Virus record (IMG/VR): IMGVR_UViG_3300047557_002984
Coordinates: 1-64,000 of that record
From: a virus
Strand: one strand, 5' to 3'
Length of the DNA: 64,000 bases
Shown piece by piece: positions 9,597-19,274 of the stretch. Made by a program: the position numbers and the translations under genes. The first letter of the stretch is position 1; each line of letters begins with the position of its first letter. Below the pieces are notes generated by a model. That model saw nothing but the letters and a program-made list of their open reading frames with translations. It did no database searches and had not been told where the DNA came from.

Positions 9597-10577
9597 TTAA
9601 GCCGCGATGCACTGCAACACGACGCCAGCGGTGTCTTTGTTGTCCGTCACGCATTTGTCCCAGTTGGAGCCCGTACCGAGCGTGCCCGATGTCGGATTCG
9701 CGCCACCGTTGGCCACGTCCCAGGCAAAGCCCTTCACGCCGATATTGAAAGCGTATTCACCCTGATACCGGCGCACCAACTGTTCCAAGCCCGAAACGTC
9801 GTCAATCAGCAGGTCGGTCGGCTCGGATTCGAGCAAGCGAATCGCGCCCGCCGTCAGGCCCAACACGAAATACTGATCCGGGTTCGGCGTGGTGTTGATC
9901 AAGCTGGCAGAGTCCGTCACCAGAATGGGACGGCCCAAGCCCGGCACGTCCACGCGCTGCAAGAGTCCCTCGTAGATCGGCGCAACCTGATTGGCAACTT
10001 CGTTGATTGCCAAATCGAAATACTGCGTCGAGTGCATCACCCAGGCCACGATGCGGCTGCTGGCATCACCAAACTTGCGCATGGTGCCCAGCAGATTGGT
10101 CATCGTCGCGGTGGCAGGTGATCCCGCTGTCACGTCATTGGTCAGCGCGGCAACGTTGTTGATCGCAACGCGCGCGGCCAACAAGCCGTCGTTCAACATC
10201 CCCGTGACCATTTCCTTGCCGATCTGTTCACCGGCAACGATGTTGAACACGTCAGGATTCAGCCCCGACATCTTGAACGCCTTCTTGGTGGCGTCGTATT
10301 GGAACCGGCGATGAACTTTCACGTCCACGTTTTCAGCCTGCGCCAGTTTGACCGCTGTAGCAGCCGAAACCGAGGTCAGGTCTTGCCGTCCCACCGCCGT
10401 AGCTTGCGTGAAGAACGAGCGGTAAACGTAATCGCCCTTCGTGGTGTTGGAAGTCATCAGAATTGCGCCGTTCGCGCCGTTCGTGATGGCTTCCGTGCTC
10501 TGGGTCAAAGTCTCTGTCAGAGCGGTTGCTACCTGCTCGTTATAGACCTTGAAATCACTCGTCAATGAAGTTGCCAT
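9597..10577 (-). CDS. Major capsid protein
   Basis: 326 aa after the scaffold; FGDA...I.AWVMHS, LGRPILVTDS, GVKGFAWD...GGANP and NWDK...D.KDTAGV motifs. Confidence 0.9.
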   Translation of the reverse strand: MATSLTSDFKVYNEQVATALTETLTQSTEAITNGANGAILMTSNTTKGDYVYRSFFTQATAVGRQDLTSVSAATAVKLAQAENVDVKVHRRFQYDATKKAFKMSGLNPDVFNIVAGEQIGKEMVTGMLNDGLLAARVAINNVAALTNDVTAGSPATATMTNLLGTMRKFGDASSRIVAWVMHSTQYFDLAINEVANQVAPIYEGLLQRVDVPGLGRPILVTDSASLINTTPNPDQYFVLGLTAGAIRLLESEPTDLLIDDVSGLEQLVRRYQGEYAFNIGVKGFAWDVANGGANPTSGTLGTGSNWDKCVTDNKDTAGVVLQCIAA

Positions 10578-10633
10578 GTGTCCTTCTCCCTATCCGTTAT
10601 CACCAGACAGGAAGCGTGTTCCTGCCCATCCCT

Positions 10634-11452
10634 CTACATTGGCAGCTTGTTGTACGCGTCGGCCCCGTGCCGCCGTATGTATTCTGCCTTTTCTTCGTGC
10701 GTCATCTTGCTGCGCTTGAAGTTGCCACCACCGCCCGCTGTGCGCGTGCCGGTCGTGGAACCACTACCGCCGTGCTGTTCTGGCGCGTCGTATAAAAAAT
10801 CAAATTTGCTGCGCAGAAACTCATTTACAAACCGTTCCGGCTTCAGGTCGCTGGGCATCCCGTCTTCGTCCATCGGAACCAGCGTCTTGCCGTCCTCGTT
10901 CCATTGGAAGAACTCATCTGCCTCTTTCAGCCACGTTCCCAGGCGCTCTTTCTTCACGCCATTGGAAAGCGCCAGCCCGGTCAGCGTCGTGCGCTTCACG
11001 AACGCCTGATGATCGGCTTGCACTCTGGCAAGCTCCGCTTCGCGCTCTTTCAACGCGGCGGCGTGTGCGTCCTTCAACTTCTTTAATTCGCGGTCGTGGC
11101 TCTGCCGCCATTTGGCTTGCAGTTCCTCCACGTTCACGCTCTTGCCATCTGCGCTCTGGCCTTGCGTGCCGCTCGGCGTGGTTGTCGCCTCGCCTTCGCC
11201 TTCTGCTTGCTTGGATTGCCACTCCTGGAATGCGCTCCAAACGTCATCCTCAACGCCTTCAAATCTCTTGGCCGCGTTCTGCGCAGTTTGTAATTTGCCC
11301 AGAAGCTCTTGATTCTTCTTTTTCAAGCCCGCCGCTTTCGCTTCCGCGTAGCGTTCGGGATCAAGCACGAAACCTGCCTCGGTTTCAGCGTAAACACCTT
11401 TGAACTCATCCCCGACCTCATCAAGGGACGCCACCTGTAACGGAATCGCCAT
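10634..11452 (-). CDS. Capsid scaffolding protein
   Basis: Coiled coil, GGSGS linker, terminal MT.EEKAEYI.RHG.DAY.KLP motif. Confidence 0.85.
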   Translation of the reverse strand: MAIPLQVASLDEVGDEFKGVYAETEAGFVLDPERYAEAKAAGLKKKNQELLGKLQTAQNAAKRFEGVEDDVWSAFQEWQSKQAEGEGEATTTPSGTQGQSADGKSVNVEELQAKWRQSHDRELKKLKDAHAAALKEREAELARVQADHQAFVKRTTLTGLALSNGVKKERLGTWLKEADEFFQWNEDGKTLVPMDEDGMPSDLKPERFVNEFLRSKFDFLYDAPEQHGGSGSTTGTRTAGGGGNFKRSKMTHEEKAEYIRRHGADAYNKLPM

Positions 11453-11494
11453 TTCCTCTGCCTCGCTTCGGAATGCCCAGCCTTACTGGGGAAT

Positions 11495-11532
11495 AAAAAA
11501 AGCGCCGCGACTCCCGAAGGAATCACGGCGCT
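11495..11532 (-). terminator. Intrinsic terminator/attenuator upstream of the scaffold gene
   Basis: AGCGCCGTGATTCC-TTCG-GGAGTCGCGGCGCT followed by a U run on the minus strand. Confidence 0.7.
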
Positions 11533-11682
11533 CAACTCGTGGGTTTGCCTACAATAGGCAGCCTACTTTTTCAACAAAAGAACCTGACGCGTGCGGCGTG
11601 CCGGATGTATCTATCCCGGCTTTGTAGCTCACCCCGAAAGGACGCCGCACTTGAAAATGAACATCAGAATCACTCGCGCGGA

Positions 11683-11943
11683 TTATACCATAACCGCACA
11701 ATTTGCAAGCACAATTTCTACGACCGGCACCGGGGCTGTAACTTTTCCCTCTTTTGCCGGATACCAGACCGTCAGGCGATGGCACAGCGGGCAATAGGGC
11801 CGCGTGCGGTCGCGGAACTCAATTGCTACCGATTGCTCGCCAATCGTGCAGGCGATCAGCAATCGTACCCCGTCCGTCCGGCCTAGCTCTGCGCCGCAAT
11901 TTCGACACACAAACAAAGAAAGGCTTTGGTATACTTCCATCAT
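11683..11943 (-). CDS. Small zinc-finger protein (Com-like regulator)
   Basis: CRNC...CPLC motif; lies between portal and scaffold. Confidence 0.55.
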   Translation of the reverse strand: MMEVYQSLSLFVCRNCGAELGRTDGVRLLIACTIGEQSVAIEFRDRTRPYCPLCHRLTVWYPAKEGKVTAPVPVVEIVLANCAVMV

Positions 11944-12071
11944 GCGAAAACAATTTCTCAACGCGTATAAGGGGCGCAAAATTCAGCCGGAAGCCTGGAA
12001 AGCGTTCGCCCTTGACCTCTCCTTTAATGGCTTCCCCGTCAAAGAAATGAGCCACGATGAACTGCTTGTCA

Positions 12072-13622
12072 TCATTGGCGGGCTTGCATTTCGCGGACTG
12101 GCGGAGTTTGCGCCGGAACCACAGGCGGAGGGGCTAACCGCCGCTGTTCTTCCTCAATCCGGGTCAGTTCGTCTTCCTCGTCCAGCGTGTCCGCCAGCAA
12201 GCCGCCGCGCTTCTCGACGGAAAGCAAGGTGCGAATAGAGAGCATCTTGTCTACCGCCTGCTGACGCAGCGTGGCCAAGTCTGCCGGGCTGAGAATTAGT
12301 TCTTCGCCTGTAATCCCCATCTCAACTTCACCGCCCGCATCGTCACCCAAGCCGTACCAGAGCGCGGAAAACTGCAAGGCGAGTTCCAGGCAATCCTTCA
12401 GGGCTTGCGTGATCTGCGAAAGGCGCGACGCGCGCTTGCCTGCTCGCAATAACTGCTCCGTCGCGGTCGTAGCGACGGCTGAGCCTTCCAATAAAAGCGA
12501 CTCAAACCCCATCCGGCGAATCTGCTCCTTGTTCTTCGTAAGCTGCCGCTCCATCGCCTGTAGCCCTGTCCCCGCTGGCTCTGCATAGGCCACCATCCCG
12601 CCAGCCTCACAATCCAAAATCGTTGTCTTGCCCCAGGCTTGCTGCGCGGAATCTTCCTCGGCTGGCTTTAGGTTTACTGTGAACGGGATCGGGGATGAGC
12701 AGATGTGAAGGTTGCTCTCGTGGTCGGATTGCTGCACGTAGTCCTTCACGCACAGACGCCCCAAATCGTAGAGGGTCGGCCCGCCGTTCTGGCGCTCGTC
12801 GTCAGGATCGGGATTGGCAATAAAAGGCGCAACCGGAATGCGGGAGAACTTGCGCGGGTCAAGCTGGCCATTGTCTACCAGCACAGTCTTGGTGGTCTTC
12901 TTGCCGGTGAAATCCGCGTCCCCGTCTTGTTCTTCCCATAGCTCCCACTCTACCGGCCCGGTTACAACGTATTGCCGGTTAGAGATCGCCTCCACGGGCA
13001 AGCGCCAGACGCGATAGCGGACAACTTCCACCTCGCCAAACGCCCCCTCCGGTACGCTATCCACTTCGCGGAAGACGATCTGCTGAAGCGTCGCCTTGCC
13101 ATTGATGAACACGTAGCGCGGGCGCGTGTGAACCTGCGGCCCGGCGTACAGCGTCCAATAGGGGCGCAGGTTTAGCTGTTTGGATTGGGCAGCGTCCAGC
13201 GTGCCACGTTGCGCAACCGGCACGCTCGGCATATCCACCAACACATAGGCCGCGCCGTAATGGATGCCTTTGCGCAGCAACCGATGATTGAACACGTCCA
13301 TGTGTGTTCCGGCAAGGTCTATGTCCTCCGCGTCGGTCACGATCTGCGCCGGAACGGTTTGCGATAGCTTCACCGGCTTACGCAGCACCGCGCCTACAAT
13401 CGCGTCCAGCGTTGCGGCGTAATCACCATCAAATGTGCTTTGCTCCAGCCGGTCAATATAGGCGGCGTCCGACTCTGCCGGGAATTGCGGCAGCATATCG
13501 GTCTTTGCTTCCTGCATTGCAAATGATCCGCCCAAAAGCGTATCCACGAATTGCCACATCGTGCGCAACCGCCCGCCGTAATCCGCGCTCTGGTAATCTG
13601 GTGTGTCTGCCATCCCGTCCAT
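12072..13622 (-). CDS. Portal protein (DUF4055-like)
   Basis: LP.FPAES..AY..RL, D.DLAG, G.AYVLVD.P and RPYW..Y motifs; follows the terminase. Confidence 0.9.
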   Translation of the reverse strand: MDGMADTPDYQSADYGGRLRTMWQFVDTLLGGSFAMQEAKTDMLPQFPAESDAAYIDRLEQSTFDGDYAATLDAIVGAVLRKPVKLSQTVPAQIVTDAEDIDLAGTHMDVFNHRLLRKGIHYGAAYVLVDMPSVPVAQRGTLDAAQSKQLNLRPYWTLYAGPQVHTRPRYVFINGKATLQQIVFREVDSVPEGAFGEVEVVRYRVWRLPVEAISNRQYVVTGPVEWELWEEQDGDADFTGKKTTKTVLVDNGQLDPRKFSRIPVAPFIANPDPDDERQNGGPTLYDLGRLCVKDYVQQSDHESNLHICSSPIPFTVNLKPAEEDSAQQAWGKTTILDCEAGGMVAYAEPAGTGLQAMERQLTKNKEQIRRMGFESLLLEGSAVATTATEQLLRAGKRASRLSQITQALKDCLELALQFSALWYGLGDDAGGEVEMGITGEELILSPADLATLRQQAVDKMLSIRTLLSVEKRGGLLADTLDEEDELTRIEEEQRRLAPPPVVPAQTPPVREMQARQ

Positions 13623-13635
13623 CTCCCGTCCCGTC

Positions 13636-15129
13636 CTAAATCCGAAACTCGCGCGCCCGGTATTGCGGAAAATGCTTTTGCATCACGCCATACCGCAAGC
13701 AGTCATACGCGTCATCGCCGCCTTCGCCATTCATATCCGCGTCCACTTTGAGCACGTCTTCAGGATCGCGCGGGTCACAAACCATACGCGTGAGCGTTGA
13801 GATCGTGCGCGGGCATCGCTCCCGTACCAGCTTGAGCCGTGGCGCAATGCCCAACTCTTGATTGCCCAATCGTTCCGCGATTTCCTTTGCCCCTGTGATG
13901 CGGTCAATGTTCGCCTTTTCCAGCGTGATCCCTATGCCCGCACCCGTCTCAGGATCAACCGCGTCTTTGTACTGCTGCGCAATCGTGCGGGCCGTCGCAT
14001 CCCCCCGCTGCTGGAAACAATCGTGCCCGGCAACGATTTGGCGGATGCGATGAAAGGGAATCTTGCATCGCTCTGCCAAGCGCCGGATCGCCCGGCAATG
14101 CTGCGGCACTAGCCATTTGTGCTGTACGTGCTCTGCCAGCATATAAATCACGCCGTCATTGTCGCGCGTAAACAACCCAAATGCGGTGGGGTGCGCAAAG
14201 CCGTAGTCCAGCGCCCCCCAGATAGGCCAATCTCCCGGCACGTCAAACGGTTCGCACGTATGCAAGCTCTCGTCCCACGATTCAAAATATAAGCCTTCCG
14301 CGCCAACCCATTTCCCGTCACGCAGCCGCGCCCGCCGAATGCCTGTCAAACTGTTGAGCGTTGCCATCGTGCGTTCGCCTTGTGGCGTCCACACTTGCGC
14401 AACCTCATCCCACAGCGAGGGGTTGTCTTTGTGCGTCGTCTCAAAGAGCCGCAATTCCGGGCGCTTAATGATCCAGTGATCCTCCGCGCCGGGGTTGCAA
14501 TCGCCAAAAATCAAGGGCGTTTTCGTTACCGCACCGCGCCCCGTACACCGCGTCAGCAGCGTCTCCCAATCCGACAGGCTCAGTTCTTCGGCCTGGTTCA
14601 GGTAAATAAAATCGCGTTCACCGGACAGAATCTTTTGCGGGTTATCCATCCCGCCAATCCACAACCGCGATCCGTTCGGGTACTGATACCACTCCGGCTT
14701 CTGTCCGCCGTATGGCTGCGCCGGTGCGTCTCCCATCGCTTCGCGTAAATCCTGAATGCGACGGTATGTGACCAGCACCGTCCCCCAGATCGCCACCTGA
14801 AGCTTGCGCGCCAGAATCGCTTGCGCGCCCGGCGTCTCGCGCAACAGGGAATCCAGACGCCAAACCGTAGCCCAGGTTTTCCCTGTCTCCGCCGGGCCGG
14901 ACAGCATAAACTCTGCCGTCTTTGCTGCGCCCGGTTCGCCCACATACGACTGGATCGCAAGGTTTGCACCGCGAAAGATAGGTGCGGAGGGTTGCGCGTC
15001 CCGCAACGTCAAAGAACGATTCGCGTCAGTGTGCAGTCCCTGCGCGATCAGCGATAAGGCCGAATTGATTGAGAGCCGCTTGGAACGCGCGGAGGTCTTC
15101 TGTGTCCCTAATTGTAGAGTTTGCTGCAT
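13636..15129 (-). CDS. terL: Terminase large subunit
   Basis: Walker A GPAETGKT, Walker B-like IYLNQAEE, DCNP, nuclease motifs ALDYG and DDAYDCLRY. Start codon uncertain. Confidence 0.92.
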   Translation of the reverse strand: MQQTLQLGTQKTSARSKRLSINSALSLIAQGLHTDANRSLTLRDAQPSAPIFRGANLAIQSYVGEPGAAKTAEFMLSGPAETGKTWATVWRLDSLLRETPGAQAILARKLQVAIWGTVLVTYRRIQDLREAMGDAPAQPYGGQKPEWYQYPNGSRLWIGGMDNPQKILSGERDFIYLNQAEELSLSDWETLLTRCTGRGAVTKTPLIFGDCNPGAEDHWIIKRPELRLFETTHKDNPSLWDEVAQVWTPQGERTMATLNSLTGIRRARLRDGKWVGAEGLYFESWDESLHTCEPFDVPGDWPIWGALDYGFAHPTAFGLFTRDNDGVIYMLAEHVQHKWLVPQHCRAIRRLAERCKIPFHRIRQIVAGHDCFQQRGDATARTIAQQYKDAVDPETGAGIGITLEKANIDRITGAKEIAERLGNQELGIAPRLKLVRERCPRTISTLTRMVCDPRDPEDVLKVDADMNGEGGDDAYDCLRYGVMQKHFPQYRAREFRI

Positions 15130-15697
15130 CAACGATCTTGCCCACCATCGCCAACAATTGCTCAGCCGTGTACACCATTTCAGACTGCACCAGCCGCCGA
15201 TGCTCACGCTCCTTTGTTCTACCAACCTGCTCGGTGACGCGGTAAACCTCCTGCCAACGGAGCGAATCTGCCATACCGCGATTGATCAACGATTCCAGCC
15301 GGTTTAAGGCTTCCGTCATTTGCGCCGCCGCCTCGGCCCGCTCATCGCTCCCCGCTGGTGCTTGCTGTGCGCGTTGTGCCGCCTTGCGGTAATCCTTGAA
15401 TGCGTCTTGCGCCTGATCCCAGAGCGGCAACGATTCGCCGGTTTCCAGCAATTCGTGAAGGCGTGCTTGCAGCAACGCAGCGTCGGCGCGAAACTCCATC
15501 AACTGCGGGTCTTCCAGACTTTCGCGGTATTTTTCAGCGAGTCGAGCGGGAATATACTTACTGCGGCGTCCGTGTTGGTACGCGTGATGCGCCGGGCCAA
15601 TCGGGCGCGTGCCGCCGTGCGTCCGGCAATATTCGCGCCCATTCATCGCGCTCTTGCCGCAAGGTTCGCCTCGGTTGTTTCTCCCTTTACACTTCAT
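15026..15697 (-). CDS. terS: Terminase small subunit (HGG Zn-ribbon N-terminus)
   Basis: C...C...CRTHGG motif; directly upstream of terL. Confidence 0.75.
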   Translation of the reverse strand: MKCKGRNNRGEPCGKSAMNGREYCRTHGGTRPIGPAHHAYQHGRRSKYIPARLAEKYRESLEDPQLMEFRADAALLQARLHELLETGESLPLWDQAQDAFKDYRKAAQRAQQAPAGSDERAEAAAQMTEALNRLESLINRGMADSLRWQEVYRVTEQVGRTKEREHRRLVQSEMVYTAEQLLAMVGKIVDAANSTIRDTEDLRAFQAALNQFGLIADRAGTAH

Positions 15698-15771
15698 GGT
15701 GAATGACTTATCAAGAAAAGCGTCGCACCGATACGCCAGATGTTCCCTTTTCAAGCGTTAGTTTTACAGGC

Positions 15772-17037
15772 TTAGCCGTTTAATCGCTCTAGCAACTTGG
15801 CGGTCTTACCAGTCTCAGCCTCCCAGCGAGAGATGATCACATTCACGTATTTCGGCTCTACCTCGACAACGCGGGCTTTGCGGTTCGTGCGCTCGCAGGC
15901 AATAAGGGTCGTGCCGGAGCCGCCGAAGGGTTCAAATACTGTGTCGCCTAGTTCTGAGCTGTAACGAACTGCCCGTTCAACAAGTTCAACGGGCTTCATG
16001 GTTGGGTGCTCTTCTGAAACTCTTGGGCGAGGAATCTCCCACACATCATCTTTGTCTCTACCTGCGGAGTCTGAAAACGAGCTTTTACTTTTTGCGTGCC
16101 ATCCGTACCAGATAGGCTCATAGCGCCGGTGGTACTTACTGCGTCCAAGAACAAACTGATCTTTCACCCAGATCACGGTAGCCGACCAATGGAAGCCTTC
16201 AGCGCGAAGACAACTGTCAAGCGTTGGCCATTCAGATGCACCTAAGACGCAGTAAAGATCGCCCGTAAGATATTGAGCGAGTGGCCGCATAAAACCTTGA
16301 AGAAACGCTCGAAAGTCTTCAGGGGAAAGATCGTCATTTTCCAAGCCCTGTCTTTGCCTGTGCCTTGGATTTGAGTCTTTACCGATTGCTACGTTCCACG
16401 GTGGATCAGTAAAACACATCGTAGCTTTTCCATTTGCCATCACCCGCGCCACGTCTTCAGCCTTCGTGCTATCGCCACACAGCACTCGATGTTCGCCGCA
16501 TTCCCACAAGTCCCCGTACTGCACTCGCGCTTGCAATTCTTCGGGTGTTACATCAAAATCGTCTCCACCATTTCCAGGTTTAATATCTTCTACCCGCGCC
16601 AAGCTCGCCAGTAATGCCTCAATCTCATCTCGCTTATACAGCGAACTTACGTCAATCCCACTCTGCGTGTGTTCAAGCAGTATTTCCACGTCCGGCGAAT
16701 AACCGACTTCCGACGCGCGATTGTCCGCAATAGCCAATTGCCGGGCCTTGTCGCGCTCGGCTCCCTGGCCAAGCAACCGTAAGTCCGTGCGTTGGACGAC
16801 AACCAATTCGCTGCCATCGGTTTCAATCACGCGCACGGGTAACTGGTGGTTGATTGCAACCTCCAGCGTCTTGTTGCCAGCAATCACGACCCCCTCGCTA
16901 TCCGCCAGAATGCTTCGCCCCGCGCCTAGCTCGGTCAGCGACCAATCAATGACTTGCCGCCCGCGCTCCGTGCCCTTGTTCACATTAGCCGGATCAGCTT
17001 TCAGGTCGCCGACGCTTTGGATTTTCTTCTTCGCCAC
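15772..17037 (-). CDS. ParB-like domain fused to an N4/N6 DNA methyltransferase
   Basis: IAGN.T and LAIADNR in the ParB-like part; DPPW, HPTMKPVELV and EPFGGSGTT in the MTase. Confidence 0.9.
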   Translation of the reverse strand: MAKKKIQSVGDLKADPANVNKGTERGRQVIDWSLTELGAGRSILADSEGVVIAGNKTLEVAINHQLPVRVIETDGSELVVVQRTDLRLLGQGAERDKARQLAIADNRASEVGYSPDVEILLEHTQSGIDVSSLYKRDEIEALLASLARVEDIKPGNGGDDFDVTPEELQARVQYGDLWECGEHRVLCGDSTKAEDVARVMANGKATMCFTDPPWNVAIGKDSNPRHRQRQGLENDDLSPEDFRAFLQGFMRPLAQYLTGDLYCVLGASEWPTLDSCLRAEGFHWSATVIWVKDQFVLGRSKYHRRYEPIWYGWHAKSKSSFSDSAGRDKDDVWEIPRPRVSEEHPTMKPVELVERAVRYSSELGDTVFEPFGGSGTTLIACERTNRKARVVEVEPKYVNVIISRWEAETGKTAKLLERLNG

Positions 17038-17089
17038 TACTCACCCTCTCCCATCCACCGCTTGCCCGTGAAGCGCTTCCGCCCGATAA

Positions 17090-17293
17090 CTAAGCAGTTC
17101 GCATCTTGACGAACTGATAATCATGCCCACCGATAGAAACTGAGCCAGCCGGGTCTGGCTGCCAATCCGAATCCGCGCGGGATGCGCGATCAGCAATGCT
17201 GAACAACTCTTGCATCACAAGGAACAATTGCCTCGCTTCGGCTGGTGTCAGCGTGATCTCTTGATCCTTTAACGTGATCTCAACTTCGTTCAT
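17090..17293 (-). CDS. Hypothetical protein
   Basis: RBS and coupling to neighbours. Confidence 0.6.
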   Translation of the reverse strand: MNEVEITLKDQEITLTPAEARQLFLVMQELFSIADRASRADSDWQPDPAGSVSIGGHDYQFVKMRTA

Positions 17294-17301
17294 ACCAACT
17301 C

Positions 17302-17520
17302 CTACCTATTGACCACCTCGCGCCCCGGCACGTTCAGCGCCAGGCTTACCACCCGGTATTCCGGCGTGCGAAACTGTTCGTGCGCGGGCCGGTGCAGCGA
17401 TTGCAGCCTGACGACCTCGTTACGCGCCAAATCCGCATCGTTCCACGCGCTCAGCACGGCAAGCGGCTGGTGCGGGTTGCCCCAATCTTCCACGGTTAGC
17501 CAGATGATGCGGTTTGCCAT
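17302..17520 (-). CDS. Hypothetical protein
   Basis: TAATG coupling. Confidence 0.6.
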   Translation of the reverse strand: MANRIIWLTVEDWGNPHQPLAVLSAWNDADLARNEVVRLQSLHRPAHEQFRTPEYRVVSLALNVPGREVVNR

Positions 17521-17714
17521 TACTCATCCTTAAACCGCGCTTGCAGTTCGATTGCATCCCCAACGCGCACGCCCAACGGCAGCCGCGCAACGGGCAGGCG
17601 GCAATCGGCGATCACTTCGCCCTCGCTGGTCAGGTGCGCTTCCAGCCATTCGGAACCGTCGGCAGGCGATGCCACCGTGATGATTTCGCGGACTGTGAGC
17701 GTAATGCCGGTCAT
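17520..17714 (-). CDS. Small beta-barrel-like hypothetical protein
   Basis: ATGA coupling; LP.GVRVGD pattern. Confidence 0.55.
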   Translation of the reverse strand: MTGITLTVREIITVASPADGSEWLEAHLTSEGEVIADCRLPVARLPLGVRVGDAIELQARFKDE

Positions 17715-18100
17715 TGTTTCTTTGCGTCCGGCGCAGGCTTCACCACCGGCGGGAAGTACAGCCGTCCGTCCTGTGTGGGCACCAGTTTCAATTCGTGCGT
17801 GACTTCCGTCGCACCGCCGCGCAGAAAGGCGAGCAGCATCAGCGAATCACGCTGCCCCTGCAAGGCGCGCAATTCAGCGCTCAGCGCATCCAGCCGCAGG
17901 TTGATCATTTGCCAGTCGTTCGCTTGTTCCTTGGTCAAGTAAACGGGCTGCGGTTGTGGCGTAGCCGTGACCGGCGCGCCCTTATCCTGTGCGATCACAG
18001 AGAACGCTTGCGTGAGTACCAGTGCTAGCAGCAAGGCCGCGCCTGCCAGATATGCGAATGTCCGCCAATGGGCGGAAACGTCTTTCCCGGATTCCATCAC
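17711..18100 (-). CDS. Membrane-anchored/exported coiled-coil protein
   Basis: N-terminal hydrophobic segment followed by a coiled coil. Confidence 0.6.
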   Translation of the reverse strand: MMESGKDVSAHWRTFAYLAGAALLLALVLTQAFSVIAQDKGAPVTATPQPQPVYLTKEQANDWQMINLRLDALSAELRALQGQRDSLMLLAFLRGGATEVTHELKLVPTQDGRLYFPPVVKPAPDAKKQ

Positions 18101-18330
18101 TTCATTGCCTCAAGGAATGCCTGCTGCGTTTCCAGCCCGGAAACGATCAGCAGCAATTCAGCCGTTAGTTGTAACGCCTCATCGCGCGCTTGCTCGCGGT
18201 TCGGTGCCTCTGCGCACGCCCGCAGGCCCGCCATAATCGCGGCGCGCCGTTCTGCCTGTTGAACAAATTCGCTAATCATATTTTTCTGTGCGCGGGCAAG
18301 TCCCCCGTGTTGCTTGCCCGCGCGATCCAC
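18097..18330 (-). CDS. Hypothetical protein
   Basis: Coupled ORF; start uncertain. Confidence 0.45.
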   Translation of the reverse strand: MDRAGKQHGGLARAQKNMISEFVQQAERRAAIMAGLRACAEAPNREQARDEALQLTAELLLIVSGLETQQAFLEAMK

Positions 18331-18376
18331 AAGGGCCGCGATGACCTGGGTGCTAATCCCTCGTGGAAGCTTGCGA

Positions 18377-18649
18377 TTACTTCACCCGCGCTTGCGCGAG
18401 CTCAGCCACGCGAATGTATTTCGTCCGTTCCTCTGCCATCAGGTTTGCCAGCGCGTAAGCTCCTGCCACGTCTCGACGGACGCTCTCATCACCGCGTAAG
18501 GCTTTCTCCCACGCGTCGCGCCCTAACAAGAACATCACGAAAATATCAACGATGTCCGTTGATGGGCCGCCAAGGTTAAAATCATCAGTCGGGTTCTTGT
18601 CCATAAAATCCTTAAACCGGAAAGCGCCGTGCGTCAGCCCCCGTGCCAA
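18377..18649 (-). CDS. Hypothetical protein
   Basis: AY.LA..M..ER pattern common in small phage proteins; real start probably internal (MDKN). Confidence 0.5.
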   Translation of the reverse strand: MARGLTHGAFRFKDFMDKNPTDDFNLGGPSTDIVDIFVMFLLGRDAWEKALRGDESVRRDVAGAYALANLMAEERTKYIRVAELAQARVK

Positions 18650-18698
18650 TTACAGCGACGCCTTCCGGTATTTTGCCGCAGCCCCATGCGGCAAAGCT

Positions 18699-19079
18699 CT
18701 ATGCTTGGGGATCGTCCGTGTCACCGCGTCGGCGTGGTTTCGCGCGCAGGATTGCCCCCCAGATGCCTTGGGCAAATTGCACCACGAATGCGCCCGCGAT
18801 CACGATCAGCAAGTTATTCAAAAAGCTAATTTGCGTCTCTAGGCGGATCATTCGATTTTCCAGCAGTGCCACCGCGCGCTGATCAGCCTCCCGCTGCTGC
18901 TGCAATGCTTCGCGCGGGTCTTTCGCCTCCTGCTCCACCATTGTGATGCGTCCGGCTGCTTCTGACGCGCGCACAGATTGCCTATATTGCGCAATCACGG
19001 TGCCACCGAAGCCCAGCAGCCACAGCAGGCCGAAAGACAGCACAAGCGCCTGTGTTTGTCTTACTTTCCTTGCTCTCAC
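18699..19079 (-). CDS. Two-TM coiled-coil protein (holin/spanin-like)
   Basis: TM-coiled coil-TM layout with a basic tail. Confidence 0.55.
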   Translation of the reverse strand: MRARKVRQTQALVLSFGLLWLLGFGGTVIAQYRQSVRASEAAGRITMVEQEAKDPREALQQQREADQRAVALLENRMIRLETQISFLNNLLIVIAGAFVVQFAQGIWGAILRAKPRRRGDTDDPQA

Positions 19080-19274
19080 CTATCCCCATCCGTTCGTTTG
19101 TGGCACCTGTCAAAACCTTGCCCCTTGCCCGCTCCCCAGCGTTCACCCCGGAGTTTTTGGTAAAACGTCCGAATCCAACACCGAGCCATTAAGAGAGCGG
19201 GCAAGAGATTGCAGGCCGCCCGGCGCGTGCAATAGACAACCTGCCCCGCGCCCGCCAGCGACCATTCCGAGAAC

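Noticed and set aside
11804-12238. Plus-strand ORF opposite the portal end
   Set aside because: No RBS, and it overlaps two minus-strand genes; unsupported.
14585-14612. TerL Walker B NQ in place of DE as a sign of inactivation
   Set aside because: All other motifs are intact, nearby Glu residues remain, and I recall this variant in other terminases.
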